Shown: positions 9,089 to 19,365, numbered from the stretch's first letter. The stretch is DNA of 64,000 nt from an uncultured Gemmatimonadales bacterium (GCA_963779755.1 CAVZZO010000001.1:1792001-1856000); one strand, 5' to 3'. The notes: a model not told the origin generated them from the sequence alone. Numbers and translations are program-made.

Positions 9089-12000
9089 GTGGAGCCACTG
9101 CGCATGCCGTTGCCGAGCTGGCCGGGACCCGGGTCTGTCGTGTGGTTTGTCGCGGCACATCTCGCGATCTCGGGCTGCACACTCGCTCTCCTCACCCTCC
9201 GGCGCCGAGTCGGGGTGGGGTGGCTGTGGCTGTGGGTGGGCGCGCTTTCCAGCATCATGTGGCTGGCCTATGCCGCCGGTTGGCGGGTGGCCGGCCCCGG
9301 AGAGCAGCATCTGTTCTTCGGGAGCGGTTTCATCGCGCCGTCTTTCCTGATGCTGATGCTGCTGGTGTACCTGGAGCATGGGGCGCGTGATGCGCGCCGC
9401 ATGCTGCTGGGCATCGCCGCCAGCGGCGTCCTGTTCCAGATCTTCTTCCAGCTGGCCCGGGCCGAGGGCGTCACCACGCTGCAGCGGATCACCTGGCAGA
9501 TGGTGATCGCCGAGCCGATGTCCCTGGGCGCCGCCCTGGCGCTCATGTCGGTGCTGTACCAACTGAGCCTGCAGCTGCGGCTGGCGCTCCCCGTTTCGCT
9601 GCGCTTCTTCCTGGCACTGCTGCTCGGCATCGCGGTGGACACGGTTCTCTTTCCGGTGCTCGGGTTCGGCGATTTCCGGATTCTGCGTCTCATCAGCTCG
9701 CCCACCGATTTCGCGCTCGCCAAACTCTTCAGCGCGCTGCTGCTCACGCTTCCCGCCGCTTTCTATCTGCAGCGCCAGGCCCGCGCCGGGCGGCGGCTGG
9801 CGGTGCAGGACATGGGCCCGCTTTCCATCGCGGCGCTGGGCCGCGAGGGGCCGGTGCCGGACTTCGAAGTCTGGCGCTCCATGGCCGAAACGCTGGGCGA
9901 CGGCATGACCGCCGCGGTGGGCGACCATCTGGTGTTCGCCAACGCCGCCATGGCCCGGATCGCCGGCTATGAGCGGGCGGAGGAGCTGACCGGGCTGCCG
10001 CTGGAACGGCTGGTGGCGCCCGAGGATCTGGAACGGGTGCTGACGGAACAGCGGGCCCGCCAGGAGGGTGCGGTCTCGGAGGGCTCCTACGAGTGGCGTC
10101 TCCGCCGGCCCGACGGCACCGGGCGCATCCTGGCGACCACCGCCACGCCCGCCCTGCTGGGCGCGGGCCGGGTGGTGATCGGTATTCATCGCGATGTCAC
10201 CGACGAGCGCGAAATGCAGGCCCAGGTCGAAGCCAGCAACCTGGCGGTGCATGCTCTCATGGCGGGCGCCTCGTCGCTGGTAGCGTCGCTCAATACCGAG
10301 AAGATCGTCGCCGCGGTGGCCGAGCAGGCGGGGCGCCTGGTGGGGAGCGAATTCGTGGTGTTCCTGGAAAAGGTGCCGGGGCACGACCGGTTCCGCTGCC
10401 GGCATATCGAGGGTGCGGCGAGCGGCATCCTGGTGGGCGAGGAGCTCTCGCGCGAGGAGACCGCCTACTTCGGGCATCTGCCGCGCTCCGGCGGCCGCCA
10501 TGCGCTGCCGCTGCTGGCCGACGGCCAGGAGTTGGGCATGCTGGTGGTGGCGTTGCGGGAGGAGGGCCGCACCTTTACCTGGAACGAGTTGGCGCTGCTG
10601 GACGCGCTGGGCGCGATGGGCGCGGCCGCCCTGCGGACCAGCCAACTGGTGGCCGGGCTACGCGGCGCGGAACAGCGCTATGCCATGCTGTTCGACCAGG
10701 TGCCGACGCCGGTGTTCCTCTACCAGCTCGATTCGCTGCGGATCTCTGCCGGCAACCAGGCCGCCTCGCGCCGCTACGGCTGGCCCGCGGCGGAGTTCCT
10801 CCAGCGCAGCATGGCCGACCTGCTGGCGCTCCCGGAGCGGGAGGCCTCGGAAACCGCGCTACGCCGCGCCGCGCCCGGCCGCCCCGCGCTGCTGCAGCGG
10901 CATCGCGACCGGCAGGGCGAAGAGTTCGACGTGATGGTGAATATCGCCGAGATCGAGCTGGCCGGGTCGCGCTGGGGGCTGGCGGCCTGCGTGGATCTTA
11001 CGCTGGAACGACGCAACCAGGAACGGCGGCAGGTTTCCCAGCGCCTGGAATCGCTGGGCCGGCTGGCGGGCGGCATCGCGCACGACTTCAACAACATCCT
11101 GACCGCGCTGCAGGTCGATCTCGACCTCCTCGGCGCCGACTACCGGGATCAGCCCGCCCTGCATAATGAGCTGGCCCATGTGCGCGGGGCGGTGGAGCGC
11201 GCGGCCGATCTCACCCGCCAGATCCTGCTGTTCAGCCGGGGCGAGGAGCCCAAGCGGCGGCCGGTGCGGGTCAACGAGGCGGTCCGCGCCATCGAACGTC
11301 TGCTCATGCGCTCGCTGGGCGAGACGGCCGAGCTGGTGGTGCAGCTGGCGCCGGAAGATCCGCGGATTTCGGCCGACGTCTCACAGCTCCAGCTGGCGCT
11401 GGTGAATCTCTGCCTCAACGGGCGCGACGCGATGCCCCATGGCGGGGTCCTGCGCGTGACTACCAGCCAGGTCCGGGTGGATGACGAGATGAGCGCGCGG
11501 CTGGGCATGAGCCCGGGCCGCGCCGCGCTCCTCACGGTGGTGGATACCGGTATCGGAATGTCGCCCGAGGTGCTGGAGCGGGCGCTGGAACCGTTCTTCA
11601 CCACCAAGAAGGCCGAGCGCGGCACGGGCCTCGGCCTGTCGATCGTGCATGGCGTAGTGCGCGCGCACGGCGGCGCGGTGGAAATGGAATCGCGCCCGGG
11701 GGAGGGCACCCGGGTGCTGCTGTACTTTCCGGAGCTGGAAGCCGCGGATGCCGATCCCGAAGCCAGCGCCCCGCAGGCGACGCTGCACGGCCGCGGCACC
11801 GTACTGCTGGTGGATGACGAGACCGCGATTCGCCGGGCCGGGCGTCGCATGCTGGAGCGCTACGGCTATCGCGTGCTGCTGGCGGAGGACGGCGAGGCGG
11901 CGCTCCGGGAGCTGCACGGTGCCAACGGGGCGGTAGATCTGGTGCTGACGGACCTGGTCATGCCGCGCATGGATGCGCTGGGGCTGGTGGAAGTAATCCG

Positions 12001-12181
12001 CCGCGAATGGCCCGGCCTGCCGGTCGTTCTCTCGACCGGTTACGATGACGGCCGCCTGGGGCCGGGCCAGGTCGAGCTCTTCAGCGCATTCGTCAGCAAG
12101 CCCTATACTCCCAACGAGATGCTGCAGACTGTGCGCGAGGTGCTGGACGCGGCCAGAGGAGCGGGCAGCGGGAAACGCTAA
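9089..12181 (+). CDS. Hybrid sensor histidine kinase/response regulator (membrane domain-PAS-GAF-PAS-HisKA-HATPase-REC)
   Basis: GGIAHDFNNIL H-box, N box NLCLNGRDAM, EPFFTTK, GTGLGL; receiver LLVDDE...TDLVMP...KP. Confidence 0.93.
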   Translation: MEPLRMPLPSWPGPGSVVWFVAAHLAISGCTLALLTLRRRVGVGWLWLWVGALSSIMWLAYAAGWRVAGPGEQHLFFGSGFIAPSFLMLMLLVYLEHGARDARRMLLGIAASGVLFQIFFQLARAEGVTTLQRITWQMVIAEPMSLGAALALMSVLYQLSLQLRLALPVSLRFFLALLLGIAVDTVLFPVLGFGDFRILRLISSPTDFALAKLFSALLLTLPAAFYLQRQARAGRRLAVQDMGPLSIAALGREGPVPDFEVWRSMAETLGDGMTAAVGDHLVFANAAMARIAGYERAEELTGLPLERLVAPEDLERVLTEQRARQEGAVSEGSYEWRLRRPDGTGRILATTATPALLGAGRVVIGIHRDVTDEREMQAQVEASNLAVHALMAGASSLVASLNTEKIVAAVAEQAGRLVGSEFVVFLEKVPGHDRFRCRHIEGAASGILVGEELSREETAYFGHLPRSGGRHALPLLADGQELGMLVVALREEGRTFTWNELALLDALGAMGAAALRTSQLVAGLRGAEQRYAMLFDQVPTPVFLYQLDSLRISAGNQAASRRYGWPAAEFLQRSMADLLALPEREASETALRRAAPGRPALLQRHRDRQGEEFDVMVNIAEIELAGSRWGLAACVDLTLERRNQERRQVSQRLESLGRLAGGIAHDFNNILTALQVDLDLLGADYRDQPALHNELAHVRGAVERAADLTRQILLFSRGEEPKRRPVRVNEAVRAIERLLMRSLGETAELVVQLAPEDPRISADVSQLQLALVNLCLNGRDAMPHGGVLRVTTSQVRVDDEMSARLGMSPGRAALLTVVDTGIGMSPEVLERALEPFFTTKKAERGTGLGLSIVHGVVRAHGGAVEMESRPGEGTRVLLYFPELEAADADPEASAPQATLHGRGTVLLVDDETAIRRAGRRMLERYGYRVLLAEDGEAALRELHGANGAVDLVLTDLVMPRMDALGLVEVIRREWPGLPVVLSTGYDDGRLGPGQVELFSAFVSKPYTPNEMLQTVREVLDAARGAGSGKR

Positions 12182-12282
12182 TAAGGAAAAGGGCGCCGAG
12201 CCCGTTCCCGCCGCCTTTTCCCTTTTCCCCGTTCCCGCTGTGCGGTACCTTTCGTCGTCGTCCCACCCTTACCCCATCCCAC

Positions 12283-12696
12283 ATGCGTCCCCTGCGGCTG
12301 CTGATCCTGAGCGCGGTTCTGTTGTGCGCCTGTCATCTGGAAGACCGGACGCCGGCCGGCAGTCGGAACGATGAGGCCGAGATTCGCCAGGTGGTGCGCC
12401 AGGCATATGCCGACTGGGAGCAGGGGCACTGGGGCGCGCTGAGCCGCCTCTATGAGCGTCCGCCGGCCGACAGCACCGCGGCGGGGCCCTGGCGGCGGCA
12501 GGCCGGACTGGCGGTCCGCGTGCTGCGGACGGATGTGCACCAGGCAGGGAATCTGGCCGATGTCTGGGTTGCCGCCAGGGTGTCGAGCCCGGCGGGCGAC
12601 CGCGACGAGATTCACCTGATGGCGCTGGCGCGCGAGCCGGGCACGCCGCCCGACTGGCGGGTGCTCCTCTGGCGGCCGACCGCGCCCGCTCCCTGA
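12283..12696 (+). CDS. Putative lipoprotein, hypothetical
   Basis: Signal peptide ending LCAC; abuts the ABC ATPase start. Confidence 0.65.
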   Translation: MRPLRLLILSAVLLCACHLEDRTPAGSRNDEAEIRQVVRQAYADWEQGHWGALSRLYERPPADSTAAGPWRRQAGLAVRVLRTDVHQAGNLADVWVAARVSSPAGDRDEIHLMALAREPGTPPDWRVLLWRPTAPAP

Positions 12697-13752
12697 ATGG
12701 CCTCGCTCGCGCTGCGGCAGGTCAGCAAGGTATTTCATCCGCCGGCGCGGGTGCTGGATAATGTGACGCTGGAAGTGCGGGATGGCGAATTCCTCGCTAT
12801 CCTGGGCCCGTCGGGCTGCGGCAAGAGCACCATCCTGCGCTGCCTGGCCGGTCTCGAGCCCCCCACCACGGGCGACCTGTTCATCGGCGAGCGCCGGGTC
12901 AACGACGTGCCTCCGGCCGAGCGGGACGTCGCCATGGTATTCCAGAACTACGCGCTCTATCCCCACCTCACCGTGCGGCAGAACCTGGAGTTTCCGCTCC
13001 GCATGCGCGGGGTGGGCCGCGAGCGCCGGGAGCAGCTGGTGCGCGAGGCGGCCGCCCGGCTGGAGCTCGGTCCGCTGCTGGAGCGGATGCCGGGCCAGCT
13101 CTCGGGCGGCCAGCGCCAGCGGGTGGCGCTGGGCCGCGCGCTGGTACGCCAGCCGGCGGCCTTTCTCTTCGACGAGCCGCTCTCCAATCTCGATGCCGCG
13201 CTCCGGGTGCAGCTGCGCACCGAGCTGATGGGCCTCCATGCCCAGCTCGGTGCCACCATGCTCTACGTGACCCACGACCAGGTCGAAGCCCTCACCATGG
13301 GCCAGCGTCTCGCGGTGCTGGATCAGGGGCGGGTGCAGCAGATCGGCACGCCGAGAGAGGTCTTCGACCGGCCCGCCAATATCTTCGTGGCCCGGTTCGT
13401 GGGCTCCCCCGGTATGAACGTGCTGGCCGGCGCGATCGCCGCCGGAGAGGGCTCCTGGTTTCAGGCCGGCGCACTCCGGCTGCCGCTCGCCCCGACGGCG
13501 GGGGTGCCGGGATATGCCGGCGTGCGGCCGGAGCGGGTCCGGGTGGAGCCGCCGGAGGCCGGCGGCGCCCCGGCGCGGGTACGCACCGTGGAGCGGCTCG
13601 GCTCGGAAACCCTGGTCCACCTGGACATGGACGGCGGTCCGCTGGTTGCGCGCCTGCCCGGGCTGGCAGCGCTCGATCCCGGCGATGCCGTGTCGGTGAC
13701 GGCCGATCCGTCGGGGCTGTACTGGTTCGGGCCGGATGGCGCCCGTCTCTGA
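12697..13752 (+). CDS. Sugar ABC transporter ATP-binding protein (MalK/UgpC family)
   Basis: GPSGCGKST, VFQNYALYPH, LSGGQRQR, DEPLSNLD, YVTHDQ. Confidence 0.95.
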   Translation: MASLALRQVSKVFHPPARVLDNVTLEVRDGEFLAILGPSGCGKSTILRCLAGLEPPTTGDLFIGERRVNDVPPAERDVAMVFQNYALYPHLTVRQNLEFPLRMRGVGRERREQLVREAAARLELGPLLERMPGQLSGGQRQRVALGRALVRQPAAFLFDEPLSNLDAALRVQLRTELMGLHAQLGATMLYVTHDQVEALTMGQRLAVLDQGRVQQIGTPREVFDRPANIFVARFVGSPGMNVLAGAIAAGEGSWFQAGALRLPLAPTAGVPGYAGVRPERVRVEPPEAGGAPARVRTVERLGSETLVHLDMDGGPLVARLPGLAALDPGDAVSVTADPSGLYWFGPDGARL

Positions 13753-15034
13753 GTGGAGCCGGGGAGCGGCACTGGCCGTCCTGCTGCTGCTGGGCGGCTG
13801 CCACCCGGACAGCGGTGAGGTGGTCCTGCGGGTGGCCTCCTGGGCCGATCCGGTCGAGCAGCGGATCGAACAGAGCTATATCGGCGAGTTCACCCGCCGC
13901 CACCCCGGCGTCGCCGTGTCGCTCGAATCGGTTACCAACCAGGCCGAATACCGGGAGCGGATTCTCACCTCTATCGCCGCCGGCTCTCCCCCCGACGTCT
14001 TCCTGCTGGACAATATCGATGTGCCGGCATTCGCCGGGCGCCACGTGCTGCTCGATCTCGGCCCCTATACCCGGCGGGTCGGGCTGGACACGGCAGACTT
14101 CGACGAACGCGTGCGCGACATCTTCACCGTCAACGGCGAGCTGGTGGCGTTTCCCAAGGGCTATACGCCGATGGTGCTGGTCTACAACCGGCGGCTGTTC
14201 CGGGAGGCCGGCATTCCCGAGCCGGGGCTGGACTGGACCTGGAACACCTTCCTGCGGGATGCCCGCGCGCTCACCCGCGACACCGACGGCGACGGCGAAC
14301 CGGACCAGTGGGGGGCCTTCTTCGACCGGCGAGACTTTCTCTGGCTGCCCTGGATCTGGTCCGGCGGCGGCGACGTGCTGTGCCCCGGAGGCCGGCGCGC
14401 CAGCGGTTGCCTGGACAGCCCGGCCACGCGCGCTGCGCTGCGCTGGTATCTCGACTGGGTGGAACGCGACAGCATCGTGCCCCGGGTGTTCACCCTGCGG
14501 CAGTCGCTGGGCGACCAGTTCCGCCTCTTCAACAGCGGGCGGATCGGCATGCTCACCACCGGTCACTTCTGGATCCCGAATTTCAAGCCCTACGTCGAGC
14601 AGGGAAAGCTCGACATCGGCTTCGCGCCGCTGCCCCACCGCGCGGGCATCTCCCCAACGACCGTCATCTATGCCAGCGGCTGGGCCGTGCCGAGGAACGT
14701 GCCGCGCCGCCGCCTGGCGGTCGAGCTCGCCGCCTTCATGGCCGATACGCTGGCCCAGCGCACCCGCGCCGAGCTGGGGCTGGAAATCCCGGGCCTGACC
14801 GCGGCGGCCGATGCCCTGGTGGCGCAGGACACCACCGGCTGGGAGCAGGTGTTTCAGTACGCGCTCCGGGGGGCGCGGGCTCCCTGGGGATCGCGGGTAC
14901 GCGGCTGGCGGGAAATCGAGAACCGGCTGCCCGATGTGATCGACCAGGTGCTGCTGGAGCACCGGCCCCTGGACGACGCGCTGCATGACGCGGCGACGGA
15001 CATCGACGCCATCCTGCGGCGGACAGAACCGTGA
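13736..15034 (+). CDS. Sugar ABC transporter substrate-binding lipoprotein
   Basis: Lipobox LGGC; AAG.PPDVF, YNR.LF..AG and DWTW family-1 SBP features. Confidence 0.88.
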   Translation: MAPVSEWSRGAALAVLLLLGGCHPDSGEVVLRVASWADPVEQRIEQSYIGEFTRRHPGVAVSLESVTNQAEYRERILTSIAAGSPPDVFLLDNIDVPAFAGRHVLLDLGPYTRRVGLDTADFDERVRDIFTVNGELVAFPKGYTPMVLVYNRRLFREAGIPEPGLDWTWNTFLRDARALTRDTDGDGEPDQWGAFFDRRDFLWLPWIWSGGGDVLCPGGRRASGCLDSPATRAALRWYLDWVERDSIVPRVFTLRQSLGDQFRLFNSGRIGMLTTGHFWIPNFKPYVEQGKLDIGFAPLPHRAGISPTTVIYASGWAVPRNVPRRRLAVELAAFMADTLAQRTRAELGLEIPGLTAAADALVAQDTTGWEQVFQYALRGARAPWGSRVRGWREIENRLPDVIDQVLLEHRPLDDALHDAATDIDAILRRTEP

Positions 15035-16893
15035 GCCGCTCGCGCCCGGTCTGGTGGCTGCTGCTCCTGGGAGCGCTTGGCGTGGGCGGCTCGCTCACCG
15101 GCATGGCCTGGAGCGGCGCGCGCTACCGCCGGTCGGTGCAGCGGGAGGCCGCAGGCCAGGCGGCGCAGGGTGCGGCCGGCTTCCTGTCGCTCACGGCGCC
15201 GGTCGATTCGGCGCGACGGTACGAGCCGCGCGCCCTCCTGGCGCTGTCGCACGCGCTGGCGGCCGACCCCGCCTGGCGCGCCGGGCTCCAGGTGTCCTGG
15301 CGCGGCGCCGCCCTGCTGCCCGACCGCGCCGGGTTGCTGCCGCTGAGCCGGCAGCATGAACGGCTCCTGGCGCAGGGGTATCGCCTGGTGCACCTGTCCC
15401 GGCCCGCGGCCGGGCAGGTTGCCGTGGCGCCGCTGCTCGACCGCGACCTGTGGGATGCCGTGGGCTGGGTGGCGGTCTGGGGCGCGCTGCCGCCGGCACC
15501 GGCGGCGGACGTCTTTCCCTGGCTGCTCTTCCTCGCCGCGCTGGGCGGCCTCGGCGTGGTGGCGCTGGCGCGGCCGGAGGCCTCGCGGCTCCTCCGGAGC
15601 GGCGCCGCCACCCTGGCCCTGGGAGCTGCGCTGAGCCTGGCGCTCCAGGCGGACACGGCGGGCGCGCGCCTGGCTGCCCGGGCGACCGATCTCTCACTCC
15701 AGCGCCTGCGGCACCTCACGGTGCTGGCGGCGCGGGACCGGTCAATGCCGGCGTCCCGCCTGAGCCGGCTCGCCCCCGGGCTCCGGTGGCGGCTGGTCGA
15801 CTCGGCGGCGGCGCCCGCGGAATCGGTGCGGCGCGGCGTCCGGGATGGCCAGCCAGTCGCAACGATTCAGGTGCCGCTCCCCAACGGTGGGGCGGTGGAG
15901 ATCGGCACGGTGCCGCTGGAAGACCGGCGCGATGGCTTTCGTGCCGCCCTGGCCGGCTGGCTGGTGTTGCTGGCGGCGATCCTGTTTCTGGTCCCGGCGG
16001 TCGCCCGCGCCCGCGCCGACCGGCTGGCATTCCGGCAGACCGCCGCCGCCTGGGGCTTCCTGGCGCCCGGCCTGGCGCATCTCGCGGTCTTTGCCTTCGG
16101 GCCGGTCGCGTTTGCGGTGTACCTCTCACTGCATCGCTGGGGACTGGTCGAGCCGGTGCGGCCCTGGGTGGGCCTGGCCAATTACCGGACGATCCTGGCC
16201 GACCCGCAGTTCTGGCACTCGCTGCGGGTCACCGGGGTGTACGCGCTGTACGTGCCGGTCACCATGGCACTGGCGCTGGCGGCGGCGCTGGCCCTGGAGC
16301 GGGGCGGTGTCCGGGTGCGGCTGGTGCGCACCATACTCTTCCTGCCGTTCATCTCGTCCGTCGTGGCGGTGGCGCTGGTGTGGCAGTGGATGTACCAGCC
16401 GGACTTCGGGCTGATCAACGCGGGGCTGCGCCTCCTGGGCTGGCGGGGGCCGGACTGGCTGGGCGATCCCCGGACCGCGCTGCTCGCCGTCATGGCAATG
16501 TCGGTCTGGGTGCATCTGGGCTATCAGATGGTGATTTTCCTGGCGGGCCTCCACGCGATTCCGCGGGAGTACCACGACGCGGCGCGGGTGGACGGCGCCC
16601 GCCCCTGGCAGCGCTTCCGCTATATCACCCTGCCGCTGCTCCGGCCGACCATTCTGTTCGTGCTGGTCACCGGCATCATCGTGTCCTTCCAGGTGTTTAC
16701 CTATATCGCGGTGATGACCGAGGGCGGCCCGCTCTACGCCACCGACGTGGTGGTGTACCGGATCTACCGGGAGGCCTGGGAGTTTCTCCGCTTCGGCACC
16801 GCCAGCGCCATGAGCCTGGTGCTGCTCGCCCTGCTGCTGGTGGTCACCTGGCTTCAGTTCCGCTGGTTGGGGAAGCATGTCGAGCTGGCCTAG
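15031..16893 (+). CDS. Sugar ABC transporter permease (MalF-type) with about 330-aa N-terminal extension
   Basis: C-terminal VGL.NY, LP...S.V and the EAA loop (YHDAARVDGA..WQRFRYITLPLL). Confidence 0.9.
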   Translation: MSRSRPVWWLLLLGALGVGGSLTGMAWSGARYRRSVQREAAGQAAQGAAGFLSLTAPVDSARRYEPRALLALSHALAADPAWRAGLQVSWRGAALLPDRAGLLPLSRQHERLLAQGYRLVHLSRPAAGQVAVAPLLDRDLWDAVGWVAVWGALPPAPAADVFPWLLFLAALGGLGVVALARPEASRLLRSGAATLALGAALSLALQADTAGARLAARATDLSLQRLRHLTVLAARDRSMPASRLSRLAPGLRWRLVDSAAAPAESVRRGVRDGQPVATIQVPLPNGGAVEIGTVPLEDRRDGFRAALAGWLVLLAAILFLVPAVARARADRLAFRQTAAAWGFLAPGLAHLAVFAFGPVAFAVYLSLHRWGLVEPVRPWVGLANYRTILADPQFWHSLRVTGVYALYVPVTMALALAAALALERGGVRVRLVRTILFLPFISSVVAVALVWQWMYQPDFGLINAGLRLLGWRGPDWLGDPRTALLAVMAMSVWVHLGYQMVIFLAGLHAIPREYHDAARVDGARPWQRFRYITLPLLRPTILFVLVTGIIVSFQVFTYIAVMTEGGPLYATDVVVYRIYREAWEFLRFGTASAMSLVLLALLLVVTWLQFRWLGKHVELA

Positions 16894-17695
16894 GCGCGCC
16901 GGCAGCCGCGGGCTGGTCCTGCTGCTGGTGCTCTCGGCGCTGGCGCCATTCTTCGTGATGGTGGCCACCAGCCTGATGCAGGAGTTCGAGGTCTTCCGCC
17001 AGCCGCCGCCGTTGCTGCCGGGCTCGCCCCAGTGGAGCAACTACCCGCGGGCCCTCACGGCCTTCCCCTTCGGCCGGTTCTTTCTCAACTCGCTGATCTT
17101 CGCGGTGGCCGTGGTGGCAGGGCAGGTGAGCACCGCCGCCCTGGCCGGCTACGCCTTTGCCCGGCTCCGCTTCCCGGGCCGCGACCGGCTGTTTCAGCTT
17201 ACGCTGTCGCTGCTCATGGTCCCGGTGGTGGTGCTGCTCATCCCCCGGTTCCTCCTGATCAACGCGCTGGGGTGGGTGGATACCCTGCACGGTATGATCG
17301 TCACCGAGCTGGTGTCGGTCTGGGGGATCTTCCTGCTGCGGCAGTCGTTCCTGTCCCTGCCGCGCGACCTGGAAGACGCCGCCCGGCTGGACGGGGCGGG
17401 AGAATGGTCCATCTTCTGGTATATCGCCTTGCCCACTGTCCGGCCGGCGCTCGCCACGCTGGCGCTCTTCGCCTTCGTGGACGCCTGGAAGAACTATCTC
17501 TGGCCCCTCATCGCCACCCGTTCGCTGGACCGGCGCACCGTGGAGGTCGGAGTGGCCTCGTTCCACGGATTCTATTACTCCAACTGGCCGCTCCAGATGG
17601 CGGCGGCGGTCACCGCGGTGGTCCCGCTGCTGATCGTCTTCCTCCTGGCCCAGCGCTATTTCATCCGTGGGATACAGTTGTCGGGGTTCAAGTAG
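16877..17695 (+). CDS. Sugar ABC transporter permease (MalG-type)
   Basis: AGYAFARL.FPG; EAA loop LEDAARLDGA. Confidence 0.93.
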   Translation: MSSWPRRAGSRGLVLLLVLSALAPFFVMVATSLMQEFEVFRQPPPLLPGSPQWSNYPRALTAFPFGRFFLNSLIFAVAVVAGQVSTAALAGYAFARLRFPGRDRLFQLTLSLLMVPVVVLLIPRFLLINALGWVDTLHGMIVTELVSVWGIFLLRQSFLSLPRDLEDAARLDGAGEWSIFWYIALPTVRPALATLALFAFVDAWKNYLWPLIATRSLDRRTVEVGVASFHGFYYSNWPLQMAAAVTAVVPLLIVFLLAQRYFIRGIQLSGFK

Positions 17696-17696
17696 T

Positions 17697-17784
17697 CTCG
17701 ACCCCCTCGACCCCCCTCGACCTGCCCGAGAGGTCGATGACGTCGATGCGATCGAGAAAGTCAAAGAGGGTCGAGAGGGTCGAG
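17697..17784. repeat. Intergenic imperfect inverted repeat built of TCGA-cored about 9-nt units
   Basis: ctcgaccccctcgacccccctcgacc ... gagggtcgagagggtcgag. Confidence 0.75.
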
Positions 17785-17811
17785 GACCATTAGATTCAGC
17801 CCGGCTGCCCC

Positions 17812-19365
17812 ATGACCATTCCATCCGTTCCTCCTACCGGCCTCGCCCTCCTGGGCGCCGTGGCCCGCCTGCTCAACTCGGGCCAGGCGGCGGAAGATGC
17901 GTTGGCTCAGGCGGCCGAGCTCCTGCGTGCCGGCCTGCCGGCCGAACGGGTGGGCATCTGGATGCGGGAGCCGAATGCCAGCACCTTCCGGGGGCTGGTG
18001 GCCCCGGCAGAGGAGGCCGGCAGCGCCGGGCCCGGGCCCTGGCGCGGCCGGCGCGCGGTGCCCGAGCGGCCGCCGGAGGCGGAGCGAGTCCACCTGGTGC
18101 ATGAAGGCGAGTGGCTCGGCGTGCTGGACGCGTCGGTGGCGCCGGAGCGGCGGGAGCGTGCGGCCGGCCTCCTCCAGGTGATGGGTGACGTACTGGCGCC
18201 CTATCTGGCGTCGATCGAGCTCTCCGAGGACCTGGCCCATGAGGTGGCGCTGCGGGCGCGGGAGATCGAATCGCAACGGCGGTTCATCAGTCTGGTGATC
18301 GACACCCTGCCGGTGGGCCTCTACGTTGTGGACCGCGACTACCGGATTCACCTCTGGAACCGCAAGCGCGAGGCGGGGACCCAGGGGCTGCCCCGGGAAG
18401 ATGTCATGGGGCGCTCGGTGTTTGATGTTCTTACCCGCCAGCCCGCGGGGGAGCTGAAGGCCGAGTTCGACGAGGTCTTCCGTACCGGCGAAATCCGCCA
18501 GCTGGAGCTGGATGTCGGCAGCGGCGCCGGGCGTCGCACCTTCCGGATCAGCAAGATTCCCATGCGCCTGGAGGGAGACGACGTCACCCACGTGCTCACC
18601 CTGGGCGAAGACGTGACCCGGTGGCGCCAGGCGCAGCAGCAGGTGATGCAGAGCGAGAAGCTCGCCGCCATCGGCCAGTTGGCCGCGGGCGTCATGCACG
18701 AGATCAACAACCCGCTGGCCACCATCAGCGTCTGCGTCAGCGCACTCGAGGCCAGGCTCGAGGCGCTGGCCCGGAACGCGCAGGGCGATTTCCGGGAATA
18801 CCTGCAGGTCATCGAGAAGGAGGTGGAGCGCTGCACCCGCATCGTCGACGGGTTGCTGGACTTCAGCCGGCCCAAGGCGGCGAGGAAGCGGCGGCTCGAT
18901 CTCCACGTCCTGCTGGAGGAGACGCTGTTTCTCCTCAAGCACCACAAGGGATTCCGCAAGCTGCAGGTGGACCGCAGCTTCGATCCCGGGTTGCCCCCGG
19001 TGTTAGGCAACGGCGACCAGCTCACCCAGGTGTTCATCGCCCTGGCGCTGAACGCGGTGGACGCCATGGAGCGGGGCGGCCGCCTGGGGCTGCGCACCTC
19101 CCGGGCCGACGCCGAGGGGCCGTTCGTCCGGGTGGCTATCGAGGACTCGGGCGTGGGCATTCCGCCCGAAGATCTCACCCGGATCTTCGAGCCGTTCTAC
19201 ACCACCAAACCGCAGGGCCGCGGCACCGGGCTCGGCTTGTCCATCTGCTACGGCATTGTTGCCGAGCACGGGGGGCGAATTACGGTCGAGAGCACCCCCG
19301 GACGGGGGAGCGTGTTTACGGTCTGGCTGCCGGTGGAAGGTGAAGCCGTGAGAGGTGAGGCGTAA
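17812..19365 (+). CDS. PAS-domain sensor histidine kinase (NtrB-like), cytoplasmic
   Basis: SEKLAAIGQLAAGVMHEINNPL, NAVDAM, FEPFYTTK, GTGLGL. Confidence 0.93.
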   Translation: MTIPSVPPTGLALLGAVARLLNSGQAAEDALAQAAELLRAGLPAERVGIWMREPNASTFRGLVAPAEEAGSAGPGPWRGRRAVPERPPEAERVHLVHEGEWLGVLDASVAPERRERAAGLLQVMGDVLAPYLASIELSEDLAHEVALRAREIESQRRFISLVIDTLPVGLYVVDRDYRIHLWNRKREAGTQGLPREDVMGRSVFDVLTRQPAGELKAEFDEVFRTGEIRQLELDVGSGAGRRTFRISKIPMRLEGDDVTHVLTLGEDVTRWRQAQQQVMQSEKLAAIGQLAAGVMHEINNPLATISVCVSALEARLEALARNAQGDFREYLQVIEKEVERCTRIVDGLLDFSRPKAARKRRLDLHVLLEETLFLLKHHKGFRKLQVDRSFDPGLPPVLGNGDQLTQVFIALALNAVDAMERGGRLGLRTSRADAEGPFVRVAIEDSGVGIPPEDLTRIFEPFYTTKPQGRGTGLGLSICYGIVAEHGGRITVESTPGRGSVFTVWLPVEGEAVRGEA

